Source: a virus (lineage: Duplodnaviria; Caudoviricetes). Taken from it: 38,084 nt of DNA. Shown in pieces: positions 17,895 to 26,837 of this stretch. Position 1 is the stretch's first letter. Each line of letters starts with the position of its first letter. A program made the position numbers and the translations under genes. The notes beneath the pieces are model-generated. The model was given only the letters and a program-made list of their open reading frames with translations. It did not search any database and was not told where the DNA came from. The DNA is taken from IMG/VR virus record IMGVR_UViG_3300017914_000816, positions 1-38,084 of that record. The stretch is one strand, 5' to 3'.

Positions 17895-18356
17895 TTATTG
17901 TTTTTTGTAATCGTATTTGATAAACGATCCATTTTCCCCGTCTTCACTTACTTCAATCCAAACAGAACGCTCAGGGTAACGTTCTTGGATTTTACCAAAC
18001 AAGTCATCACTCATCATTTCGCAAGACTTGTAATCTAACTCTAATGTCTTCTCCTCATAAAGTTTTTCTAACCAACGTTTAAATTGAATAAATTCAATAT
18101 CTCTGTCATTATGAAATACATCAATCCAAACTTTGAAATGGAAAATATGTCTATGCGGGTATCCTAAAAACGATACGTCATACTCATCGCCTGTTGCTAG
18201 TTTAGGATCATCTAATGCCGCTGGGTATTTGTGAATACCTTCTTTACGGAATGTTACCCAAATCATTTTACTTGCAGATTCTTTTTGTACAGTCTGTGCC
18301 TGCTTTACAGCCTGTGTTCTCATATCATCTAACATATCGTTATAGTATTGTCCCAT
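17895..18356 (-). CDS. QueD-like T-fold protein, DpdL-like (candidate CDG decarboxylase)
   Basis: LGYPHRHIF (LxxxHRHxF), DRDIEF, SCEM, IEVSEDGENG; genomic context with folE/queD/queE/TGT. Confidence 0.7.
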   Translation of the reverse strand: MGQYYNDMLDDMRTQAVKQAQTVQKESASKMIWVTFRKEGIHKYPAALDDPKLATGDEYDVSFLGYPHRHIFHFKVWIDVFHNDRDIEFIQFKRWLEKLYEEKTLELDYKSCEMMSDDLFGKIQERYPERSVWIEVSEDGENGSFIKYDYKKQ

Positions 18357-18359
18357 TGT

Positions 18360-18578
18360 TTACTCTTTTGCAATTTTATTACATTCTTGTTCGTTGGCTT
18401 TTAGACCTACGTTCTTATCATATAGCCATACATAACTATATGTCATTTGACCGTCATTAGTTTCAGCACACTTTTTACCAAAACTCAATGCAGGTGTTTT
18501 AATATGACCACTACAAGCAGTCATAAGCAATCCTACGGTTGCAATTAGTATTACATTTTTCATTTTATTATCCTTCAT
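18360..18578 (-). CDS. small lipoprotein
   Basis: Lipobox LMTA-C; two further Cys. Confidence 0.75.
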   Translation of the reverse strand: MKDNKMKNVILIATVGLLMTACSGHIKTPALSFGKKCAETNDGQMTYSYVWLYDKNVGLKANEQECNKIAKE

Positions 18579-18586
18579 ATACGTTT

Positions 18587-18615
18587 ATTATACATCTTAT
18601 TTAGGCAAATGTCAA
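18587..18615 (-). promoter_or_regulatory. composite sigma70-like promoter with CCTAAATA box (dpdL-like/GT operon)
   Basis: TTGACA-tttgCCTAAATAagatg(17)-TATAAT. Confidence 0.82.
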
Positions 18616-18776
18616 TGCTTTTGTGCATGAAGTTTATCTTTTATACGGAGTTTTTCTTTCTTAAGATCCCTAAGATCCTCTTTAGTACTCCAATCTCTTA
18701 CGTTATCTCTAACTTTTTCTGCTTCTCGAACTTCTCTTTTAAGTTCTTTATGCTTTTGATGTAGATCGTCTTTCAT
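18612..18776 (-). CDS. DUF465/YdcH-like small coiled-coil protein (54 aa)
   Basis: LHQKHKELK...LKKEKLRIKDKL; GGAG RBS; not in track. Confidence 0.6.
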   Translation of the reverse strand: MKDDLHQKHKELKREVREAEKVRDNVRDWSTKEDLRDLKKEKLRIKDKLHAQKH

Positions 18777-18979
18777 TTTACACTCCTTTTATTAGATTCG
18801 ATATTGTTTACAAAAACTCTAACAAGTCTTGAAACATCCACTTCCTCTTTTTTAAGTGTCTTAGGGTTAGTAAAAATTACTTTACTTTTGTTTGCTTCTA
18901 GTTGTATACCTATATTAGAAGCAACCACAATAGCGTCATCTGTATGCTTACGCCAATCGTGTGAACTATATGTTGTCAT
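18773..18979 (-). CDS. hypothetical protein
   Basis: GGAGG RBS. Confidence 0.7.
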   Translation of the reverse strand: MTTYSSHDWRKHTDDAIVVASNIGIQLEANKSKVIFTNPKTLKKEEVDVSRLVRVFVNNIESNKRSVK

Positions 18980-18987
18980 TCTTCCTC

Positions 18988-19542
18988 CTATTCAATAAAT
19001 GTATCACCCACGTATTTGTCCCAATCGGAAAAGTGTTCTTTGTTAATACAATTATCTAAAGGAACACACCAAACACCTGGATTCGTTTTATTAAAATCTA
19101 CATCATCAAATTTAACAGTTGCATTATGACTATTCAAATTCCATTGTTTCCAATAGCCAAGTTTTAAACTCATCATTGGAATAAATCTTCTATATTCAAT
19201 CCAAGCACATTCTAAAACGCCATCTCCATAAAGCATTAAATCAAAATCAAGTGTTACCCAAAAACCTTCATCAAGTAGCCCACAAATGTATTTGTCCCAG
19301 TCGTCCCAATCTCGTTCAGTGTCAGGTCTAAATGTTGTGCCTGTGCCTAAATAGATATGTTTAATACCATTGCCGTGTGCATGGTCTATTGTTCTTTTTA
19401 AATCTTGTATACCACATACAAACAAAGTAAGTTTACCAAACATAGGAGTTTTTTCAACTTCTCTGTTAATAAAGAACTTTGCTTTATCAGTTGTAATGAA
19501 CTTACCATCTTCCGTTTTATATGTTCTCATCATCTGTTTCAT
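18988..19542 (-). CDS. phage hypothetical protein in the TGT operon
   Basis: EVEKTP..GKLTLFV, HIYLG, VTLDFD, KFDDVDF..TNPGVWC; enzyme-like alpha/beta pattern. Confidence 0.75.
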   Translation of the reverse strand: MKQMMRTYKTEDGKFITTDKAKFFINREVEKTPMFGKLTLFVCGIQDLKRTIDHAHGNGIKHIYLGTGTTFRPDTERDWDDWDKYICGLLDEGFWVTLDFDLMLYGDGVLECAWIEYRRFIPMMSLKLGYWKQWNLNSHNATVKFDDVDFNKTNPGVWCVPLDNCINKEHFSDWDKYVGDTFIE

Positions 19543-19850
19543 TATGCTTGTCCTTTAAATGCAGATTGGTTATGCGAATCTTCTTCTTGTTGTTGTTTAA
19601 GTTCTTCTTCGAAGCCTTCTTGCAATAAATCAGATACTGATTTTTCGTCCATTTGAGCTTGTTTTGAATATTCTTCTAGTGCTTGTTCTTCATCAAGCAT
19701 ACGTTGTTTAAATCTTTCTTCTTGTGGAGTGTTTAACCAGTCTTCCCATTTAATAATTAATTCGTTTATCTTACCCATTGGATAATTTTTATGGACAAGT
19801 TCTGCTCTATACTCTTTTAATGCTTCAATTATTTGTCTTACTTCGTCCAC
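19542..19850 (-). CDS. hypothetical protein
   Basis: Coupled ORF, acidic helical. Confidence 0.65.
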   Translation of the reverse strand: MDEVRQIIEALKEYRAELVHKNYPMGKINELIIKWEDWLNTPQEERFKQRMLDEEQALEEYSKQAQMDEKSVSDLLQEGFEEELKQQQEEDSHNQSAFKGQA

Positions 19851-20767
19851 TTAATGTAACCTCTTGAGTAACCTTCTGGTCTATTGTTACCATCATCGAA
19901 TGCTTGTTTCCATTCTGTTTCTCTGTCATAACCTTTTGTCCAAAAGTTATCAATGTTTAATATACCAGACTGTATCATGTTTGTTGCATCTTTCATACAA
20001 AAATGAAAGTTTGGATTTCTAGGACTTGGAAAGAACATAGTTGCATTCTTCCAAAGTAGTTTACCAAATGTAGTTGTAACACCTTTTTTCTCTGCCGCCA
20101 GTACAACAATAGGATTATCTTCTAGTAAATATCCAAAATCAAATACAAGCGAGTTATCATCTTTTAAATCAATAACTACATCATACTTTTGTTTTGGTTC
20201 TGTAATTAATCTATCTTCCCAAAACTTTCTGTTGCTAGAACCTAATACATCTACAAACTCATCTAGTTTTAAACTTTTAAGTTTTGTATAAACTACAGTT
20301 GCTAAAAAGCCACTACCAATAATTAGTATCTTAGACTTTTCTCTTTTCATTAGTTCATCTAATATTGTCATTACAATATTAATACCACAAGCCACAGGCT
20401 CTACAATGTATTTAGGATCTGCTTCAGGCACTACTACATATTCTGTAGGCTTTGCATTATAATAATCTGCATATGCAGGCTCGCCTCTAGTAGCAACAAT
20501 GTCTCCAACGTTTGCATCTGTTACTTCTTTACCTACTTTAACTACTTCACCTAGTCCTTCATGTCCTTGCATTTCTAAAGGCAATGGACCAAAGTTACCA
20601 TTCATCATATCAATATCACTACGACATACACCGGTCATTAAAGCCTTAACTTCAATTTCATCTTCTTTAATGTCAGGCTTGTTCCACTCTGTTTCAACAA
20701 AGTTACCTGTACCAGTTGTGTGTAATAGTTTTACTAACATAGTTCTTCCATTTGTTCGTGTATCCAC
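19838..20767 (-). CDS. Zn-dependent medium-chain dehydrogenase (sorbitol/threonine DH-like)
   Basis: GVCRSD, GHEGLG, VEPVAC, IIGSGFLA; lacks 4-Cys structural Zn lobe; start probably MLVKLL. Confidence 0.85.
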   Translation of the reverse strand: MDTRTNGRTMLVKLLHTTGTGNFVETEWNKPDIKEDEIEVKALMTGVCRSDIDMMNGNFGPLPLEMQGHEGLGEVVKVGKEVTDANVGDIVATRGEPAYADYYNAKPTEYVVVPEADPKYIVEPVACGINIVMTILDELMKREKSKILIIGSGFLATVVYTKLKSLKLDEFVDVLGSSNRKFWEDRLITEPKQKYDVVIDLKDDNSLVFDFGYLLEDNPIVVLAAEKKGVTTTFGKLLWKNATMFFPSPRNPNFHFCMKDATNMIQSGILNIDNFWTKGYDRETEWKQAFDDGNNRPEGYSRGYIKWTK

Positions 20768-21612
20768 ATATCTTTTCTAAATTGATCTTCCCAATATGTA
20801 TCATTATGCAGGTTTTTGAGCCCTGTGTCAATCATTCTTTTATAGGCGTCTTCTGGGCATAATCCAAGGTTTACACGTTCTACGTAACCTAATATCTCAA
20901 AGTTTATACCAATATCATCATATAAATCAGTACGCCAATTAGCGAGTAAGTTGTATTCACAGAACCTAGTTTTGTAAGTCATACCCGCTTCATCATCTAC
21001 ATCATATATACCATTTGGATCAACTACACCATAGTCTGTATCAAGCAAGTCTTTTAGTTTCCAGTTTTGTTTTGCTTTCCCATTAGACATTTGTACATCT
21101 TCATAGTCTGGATTGAATACTTGATACAGACTTAACAAGTGTGGAAGTAGGTCTCTGCTTACACCACCATATGCTAATTCTTTAGTTGTAAACCATGTAC
21201 CAGGATTAGGTACTCTGTTTTTATTACACCAGTTAATATCAACTACACGACTTGTTCTTGCCATGTTAGTCATTTCATCTATATTGTGTCTAAACTGATT
21301 ATTCTTAACCATACTAATACGACATTCAGGAAAGTCATAATATAAATCAGCCCAGGCTTTAGCAGTTGCTAACCCAGGCTTTTCTATATAAAGTGTATGA
21401 CACCATGGTGCTATAAACCTTGCTATATCTTCATGTGTTTCATTTGGTGTACAGATATGTACAGTGTCATACATATCAATTGGCACTTCTTCTATGTCTC
21501 GATAATTAGCAGGTCTTTTAGTATCAACTGTTACAACTTCGTGACCCATTTCGTTTAGAATCTTAAAGTACAGTTGCCCAATACCCATTCCTACTATAAG
21601 ACTTTTCATCAT
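20734..21612 (-). CDS. Gfo/Idh/MocA family NAD(P) oxidoreductase
   Basis: IVGMGIG, ICTPNETH, YIEKPG, GGVSRDLLPH. Confidence 0.88.
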   Translation of the reverse strand: MMKSLIVGMGIGQLYFKILNEMGHEVVTVDTKRPANYRDIEEVPIDMYDTVHICTPNETHEDIARFIAPWCHTLYIEKPGLATAKAWADLYYDFPECRISMVKNNQFRHNIDEMTNMARTSRVVDINWCNKNRVPNPGTWFTTKELAYGGVSRDLLPHLLSLYQVFNPDYEDVQMSNGKAKQNWKLKDLLDTDYGVVDPNGIYDVDDEAGMTYKTRFCEYNLLANWRTDLYDDIGINFEILGYVERVNLGLCPEDAYKRMIDTGLKNLHNDTYWEDQFRKDMWIHEQMEELC

Positions 21613-23075
21613 GCCTCCGAGAATAAACTGTTAAATTGACTAGATGCATTTACAGTTTTCTTACCAACATACCCTCTTGTTCCAACTACTTTCATCCATA
21701 GTTTTGTGTGTTGGTCAATAAGTTCCAATGCTTTGTCTTTATCATCTAATTCAAACACTCTTGCAATAACATCTTTAACTTCTGTTTTATCAAAGTTATC
21801 ATCACATAGCATATTAGGATACTTACCTTTGTCATACTCTCTATTTGCTTCTTGTACACTGTTGATATGTGTATAAACATTATGGTTCATCATAAGTGCA
21901 TATGCAAAACTATCCCAACTAGTTTTAGTGCTTGTACCCATTCTGTTTACATCTGTTGGACTATAGATACATACATCATTTACTTTTAGTCCTTTTGTAA
22001 TAGGTGTAGGCATCCAAACAGTATCAGACTTCTTAAAGAACTCTGTAGCCATATCATCATAAGGTCTAGTATCAGAACTTAATGCTTTATCATCTGGAGC
22101 AACCGACATTAAATAACTCCATTTTTCATTTTGTTCTGTTCTATGCCCTGTGTACATTTGACCATTTGCAGTACATAAGAAAGGACTTGCACAATCAAAA
22201 GTAACTGTAAAGTTTTCATTATGATGTTTTCTAATTGCACGTTGTATATCTGTAAGTACTAGTGCCCATTCAAGTTTACTTGTACCTAAGAAGTGCATAA
22301 AGTCTTGTTTACCTTTTTCAAGTAAACCATCATAACGTAATTCAACAACACGTTTAAGAGCAAGGTGTAGGTCGCACATATTTTGTCCACCCATTGCCCA
22401 ACCATTAAAGTGTGCATCAGGATAAACTTTGGGATCACTAAACTGTTTCATTTGTGAATACCAATCGTCTGCTTGTGCAAAGTTCTCACCTTGTAGTACG
22501 TTTAAGAACTTACAATTACCATTACGATTTTTAATAAAGTATTCGTTGTTTTGTTGTGTGCCTTCTACTGCTTCTTGATAAGAACTAATCTTACTTGCAC
22601 TTGCACCTTCTGGACTTCTACTTACCCATGCAGGAATATCAAGTATCATTCCATAATCCATAAATGCGTCCATCCATTTTAGAACGCCATCACGTTTCTT
22701 TTGTGCTTGTGGACAGCCACTGCCTTTACGCCAGTCGCCTTCCCATTTACCCTTACCAATCTGGAATCCTCCACTGTCGCCTAACAGCCAACTAGTGTTA
22801 CGATTTCTATCTCTATACATATCTTCTCGATACATATCTTTCTGCAAATCTAAACTGGCGTGTCCAGCCGAGTGTAAACTCCACTGATACTGCCATAGAC
22901 CTTCAGGCGCCAACCAGTTAATACTTTCTACACCATGTTGTAGGAAACTAGGAACACGATTATAATCAATATACTCGTGTCGTCTTTGTCTACCTACAAA
23001 CAATGCATAGAATGTACTGAGTGCTGGCAAAAAGATTGCATAGTCTTTTTGTTGTTCTGTTAGGTTAGTATGCAT
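21609..23075 (-). CDS. TGT-family deazaguanine transglycosylase (DpdA-like)
   Basis: LGDSGGFQ, MILDIP, NVLQG, GWAMGG, MHFLG, TFDCAS are TGT motifs; between replisome genes and pathway genes. Confidence 0.85.
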   Translation of the reverse strand: MHTNLTEQQKDYAIFLPALSTFYALFVGRQRRHEYIDYNRVPSFLQHGVESINWLAPEGLWQYQWSLHSAGHASLDLQKDMYREDMYRDRNRNTSWLLGDSGGFQIGKGKWEGDWRKGSGCPQAQKKRDGVLKWMDAFMDYGMILDIPAWVSRSPEGASASKISSYQEAVEGTQQNNEYFIKNRNGNCKFLNVLQGENFAQADDWYSQMKQFSDPKVYPDAHFNGWAMGGQNMCDLHLALKRVVELRYDGLLEKGKQDFMHFLGTSKLEWALVLTDIQRAIRKHHNENFTVTFDCASPFLCTANGQMYTGHRTEQNEKWSYLMSVAPDDKALSSDTRPYDDMATEFFKKSDTVWMPTPITKGLKVNDVCIYSPTDVNRMGTSTKTSWDSFAYALMMNHNVYTHINSVQEANREYDKGKYPNMLCDDNFDKTEVKDVIARVFELDDKDKALELIDQHTKLWMKVVGTRGYVGKKTVNASSQFNSLFSEA

Positions 23076-23087
23076 TTACTACACCTA

Positions 23088-23819
23088 CTATTTAGATTGT
23101 GCTGGTAAGATATAATCGTATGTAATCATTCCGCTGTCAACAGTAATCATACTTGCACCCTCATCAGAGAATCGCATAGTAACATCACCTGGAAGACTTA
23201 GAATACTAATTACTTGTTGTACGGGCCACTGCCAACCATGTTTAAGAGCACCTGTAATATCAGGAGCAAATACAAAGTTACCTGCGTGTGTACTGTGGTC
23301 ACCAAAATAAAACTTCAAGTTACCATCTTCAGTTTTAGCAACGAAAGTTGTTTCTTCACTGTGTACTTGTGCCTGCATCTTAAGTCTTTGTACAGCCGCT
23401 ACACTTGGTTTAATTTCAACGTCCCACTTCACGCCTTTAAACTTAACTGTTTTAAGTTTGTCATTAATAACTTCACTTGTCATAAAGCGATAGTCATTTT
23501 TAAAGTCGCCTCTAACGTTTTCAAAATACAAGCCTACAGGAACTTCAGAACCATTACGTTCTTGTTTGCTAATTGTAATTTTAGCATCTTCCTTATATTC
23601 TTGAATGCCTAGCAGAATTGCTAGTTTATTTAGATTCGGCATACCAAAAGTTCCAATGAACTCTGCGTATGGATTCTTAAACTTTGCTTGAACAATAACA
23701 CTTCTGTCTTCAGCAAGTCCTTCAATACTAGTTTCAGTATCACTACCTTGTACTTTAATCAAATCAATAAAGCCTAGGCTGTGTGTATGCTGAACTATAT
23801 CATTTAAATAGTCTTTCAT
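23088..23819 (-). CDS. putative DNA sliding clamp (gp45-like)
   Basis: 243 aa, clamp-like beta/alpha pattern, directly downstream of PolB; inferred mostly from size and position. Confidence 0.55.
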   Translation of the reverse strand: MKDYLNDIVQHTHSLGFIDLIKVQGSDTETSIEGLAEDRSVIVQAKFKNPYAEFIGTFGMPNLNKLAILLGIQEYKEDAKITISKQERNGSEVPVGLYFENVRGDFKNDYRFMTSEVINDKLKTVKFKGVKWDVEIKPSVAAVQRLKMQAQVHSEETTFVAKTEDGNLKFYFGDHSTHAGNFVFAPDITGALKHGWQWPVQQVISILSLPGDVTMRFSDEGASMITVDSGMITYDYILPAQSK

Positions 23820-23849
23820 GTCGGTTTCACTCCATTAGTTATTTTTACT

Positions 23850-23878
23850 ATTATATTTAGGTTTTTGGTAAAAGTCAA
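23850..23878 (-). promoter_or_regulatory. composite sigma70-like promoter with CCTAAATA box (clamp-TGT operon)
   Basis: TTGACT-tttaccaaaaaCCTAAA(17)-TATAAT; the box overlaps the -10. Confidence 0.78.
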
Positions 23879-23885
23879 GTACATT

Positions 23886-26546
23886 TTACTCAAACGTAAA
23901 TAAGTCATTAAATTTAGTAGAAGTATTAGAATCTAATGTTAGATCCCATTCTAGTACTTCTAGTAAGTTGTTAATCTTGCTATCAATAACAGTACTTTCC
24001 ATAGCACCATCATCAAACGGCAACTCTTTAAACCATTTAGGCAAGTGTGTTTCATCTGTTGGATAAGCAACACTTGTATATCCTAAAGGATTTGCTTTTA
24101 GTTTACAAACAATAACTTTAGCACCATCTTTAATTTCAGTACTGTATCTGTCACTGTTCATTTTACGCAACCTATTCCAGTTCATACTTGCTCTAACGTG
24201 TCCTGGCATATTTGCTTTTCCAAGTCTTTCTTCTAATGCTTGGAACTTTGTCATGTTGTTAGCACGTCTTGGAGATCCTTTCTCCCATGCTGGCCTCAAC
24301 ATAAATTCTTCTTTAAATTGTTTTACTTTTTCTAATGTTTCATCTCTACCATTACCTGTAAGTACTCCAGTCAATACATCACTTAAAAAGTCCTGTACAA
24401 TCTTAGGTGTATCACTACGTTTAAGGTCAAGTCCCATAGCCTTAATCTTGCCTGGACTTTCTCCTGTATCTGTTCTAAAGCCTTCAATGTCATAATAAAG
24501 AAGTGCATAACGTTTCTTTGTAATAAACAAACCTTTACTTGCAACCATTTCTCTACCACCGACAATGATTTCACCATTCTTACGTGGACAATTAAATGCG
24601 TCTTTCATAAAGTCAGGAAAACTTTCATTTACTTTTTCTGCGATACTATCATAAAGTTTGATAGCAAAGTCTTTGTTCCAATCAAGTTCACCTTTTTCTA
24701 CTTGTTCTTTTACCATGGGCCATGCACTAAAATATGCACTATCAGTGTCACCATATATGATTGCTTTACCTAAATGATCATACTCACCTGTAATACATTC
24801 ATTTACATATGCGTCCATGTGTTTTGCAATGGCTCTACCAGATAATGTAGTACTTTGTCCAATACGTTTATCAAAGAATCTACAGCCTGGATTTAGAATA
24901 GCACCATACAAACTATTTAGGTTAATTTTTTTAACCAACTGTCGTTTATCCCAGAATGCTTTTTCTTCTGGAGTAGTTGCTTCACCTTTTTTCTTTTGTA
25001 GTTCTTTACGTTCGCTATACCATCTTGCTAGTAGTCCAGGGACAACACCTTCTTTATCACTTGAAAATATTGTACCATTAGCACTTAACATCCATGGGTT
25101 GTTTTGTAGGAATATCATTTTATATATTTGGGCACCTGTCATTACATCATTGCCACCATCTTCCCATTCAACAACAATCTCTTGGCTTGTGTCTTGTTTC
25201 ATAACAAGTTCATATTCAATACTACCAAACATACCTTCCCACGCATCTGCAAAAGACTTTTTATTATCCATTGCTTCTTTAACGTGTGTGTTTGTATAGT
25301 CTGGACGAAGTTGTCCTACGATAGTTTCATTACCCATGTTCAATGCTCTAATTGAACTAGGGTACAGACTGTTAATATCAATACTGCCAATCCAATCATG
25401 CAATCCTTTTTTAGGATATGCCACATAAGCACCTGCCGCCTGTGTGTTACCAAGTTCTTCTCTACTCTTACGACTTGGAACTACTAGCCCTCTTTCATGT
25501 GCTTCATTAATAATTGCCTGTTCTGTAACTGCTACTGCACCCATTGTTGTTTGCAGTAGTACAGTATTGGCGTGTGCAAGTTCACTACTCAATGCCATAA
25601 ACTTTAACTTCTCATCAAGTTTATTAAGTAGCATTGTATCTTGTCTATTATAGTCTAAAAACTTTTCAAAGTCATTGTTATATAACTGATCCAATGTTCC
25701 TTCATATTGAACTTTACGTTCATCTAATTCATATTCGCCAATAGCATCTAGCGAATAACTATGCATTTCATGATATGTATACTTACGATAAAGTTGCATA
25801 TAGTCCATATGCACTCTACCAATAGTATCAAATGTTAGTGTTTCTGCACCAAATCTTTCAAACGTTCTTGCTTTAGGCTTTTGTCCCCACAAACAAAAAC
25901 GTCTTGTATCATCTGCACTTAATACTCTTTTAACTCTGTTTACTAGATAAGGAATATCATAACCTTCACTGTTCCAGCCACTCAAAATATCTGCATCATC
26001 AATTAGTGTTAGGAATGTATCTAACAGTTGTGCTTCTTCTTCAAATAAGAAACAGTTTTCAAACTTATCTGTAATTGCTTTGGCATCTTCTTTAGTCATG
26101 CCTTTAGGAGACATACACAATGTAATCAATTGTTTTGACCATTGTAAGTATAGTGTAATTGCAGTTACAGGATTAAATGGATCTTCAGGACTACTGAATC
26201 CTCTATCTTTATCAAAGTCAACCTCAATATCAAAAAAGCAAGTATGCAAGTCTGGTGCATCTTGTCCAAGATAGTTTTCTTCTAGTACACGGAATACTGG
26301 ATTGAAATCACTTTCATAAAGACGTTTAGTCCCTACAAGTTTTATTTCTTTACGGAAATCTTTTAGTGTGCGACACTGTACTCTAGTTACAGGTGCTCCA
26401 TAGATACTACGATGCTTACCACGAGGGTCATCATAATAAAAGATATATTTTACTGGGAAATCTCTATATTGTCTTTTGCCGGTTTTATCACGTTCTACTA
26501 CGTGGATACGGTCTTTATCTCTGTCAAATAAACAGTCAACGTACAT
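23886..26546 (-). CDS. family B DNA polymerase (T4 gp43-like)
   Basis: Exo FFDIEV, GWNSEGYDIPY, YNRQD; Pol SIDINSLYPS, KINLNSLYG, YGDTDS, KKRY. Confidence 0.97.
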   Translation of the reverse strand: MYVDCLFDRDKDRIHVVERDKTGKRQYRDFPVKYIFYYDDPRGKHRSIYGAPVTRVQCRTLKDFRKEIKLVGTKRLYESDFNPVFRVLEENYLGQDAPDLHTCFFDIEVDFDKDRGFSSPEDPFNPVTAITLYLQWSKQLITLCMSPKGMTKEDAKAITDKFENCFLFEEEAQLLDTFLTLIDDADILSGWNSEGYDIPYLVNRVKRVLSADDTRRFCLWGQKPKARTFERFGAETLTFDTIGRVHMDYMQLYRKYTYHEMHSYSLDAIGEYELDERKVQYEGTLDQLYNNDFEKFLDYNRQDTMLLNKLDEKLKFMALSSELAHANTVLLQTTMGAVAVTEQAIINEAHERGLVVPSRKSREELGNTQAAGAYVAYPKKGLHDWIGSIDINSLYPSSIRALNMGNETIVGQLRPDYTNTHVKEAMDNKKSFADAWEGMFGSIEYELVMKQDTSQEIVVEWEDGGNDVMTGAQIYKMIFLQNNPWMLSANGTIFSSDKEGVVPGLLARWYSERKELQKKKGEATTPEEKAFWDKRQLVKKINLNSLYGAILNPGCRFFDKRIGQSTTLSGRAIAKHMDAYVNECITGEYDHLGKAIIYGDTDSAYFSAWPMVKEQVEKGELDWNKDFAIKLYDSIAEKVNESFPDFMKDAFNCPRKNGEIIVGGREMVASKGLFITKKRYALLYYDIEGFRTDTGESPGKIKAMGLDLKRSDTPKIVQDFLSDVLTGVLTGNGRDETLEKVKQFKEEFMLRPAWEKGSPRRANNMTKFQALEERLGKANMPGHVRASMNWNRLRKMNSDRYSTEIKDGAKVIVCKLKANPLGYTSVAYPTDETHLPKWFKELPFDDGAMESTVIDSKINNLLEVLEWDLTLDSNTSTKFNDLFTFE

Positions 26547-26594
26547 TTATTACCTCTGTTGCTTATGGCCAACATAGCCTTGTTACTTGCTTTA

Positions 26595-26837
26595 TTAAGC
26601 GATTGCGTTTTCAATTAAGCCTATAATATAAATTATTGTTAAGCCTGCGTTTAATACTATTAGTGAACGTTCTTTCCATAACACACCAACTAGTACCCAA
26701 ATACCGTTTGCTAATGTAAATGCATAACTATACCAAGGATATAAATTAAAACTTGCCATAGTTGCCGCGATTAGCAATATTATTGTGCCTAGCCATGCTA
26801 GTGATTGATATGGTTTAGTGTCCTGCTTCATACTCAT
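26595..26837 (-). CDS. small three-TM membrane protein
   Basis: Three hydrophobic helices. Confidence 0.75.
   Translation of the reverse strand: MSMKQDTKPYQSLAWLGTIILLIAATMASFNLYPWYSYAFTLANGIWVLVGVLWKERSLIVLNAGLTIIYIIGLIENAIA

Noticed and set aside
21609-23075. Ordinary host-like queuine tRNA-ribosyltransferase (tgt)
   Set aside because: Highly divergent, lacks the CxCxxC Zn motif, lies in the replisome operon, and no queF/queA/queG is present; a DNA or nucleotide target is more likely, though untested
23886-26546. Intein, intron or split in PolB
   Set aside because: Continuous 886-aa ORF; the insertion after motif A lacks intein C/S...HN ends and LAGLIDADG motifs
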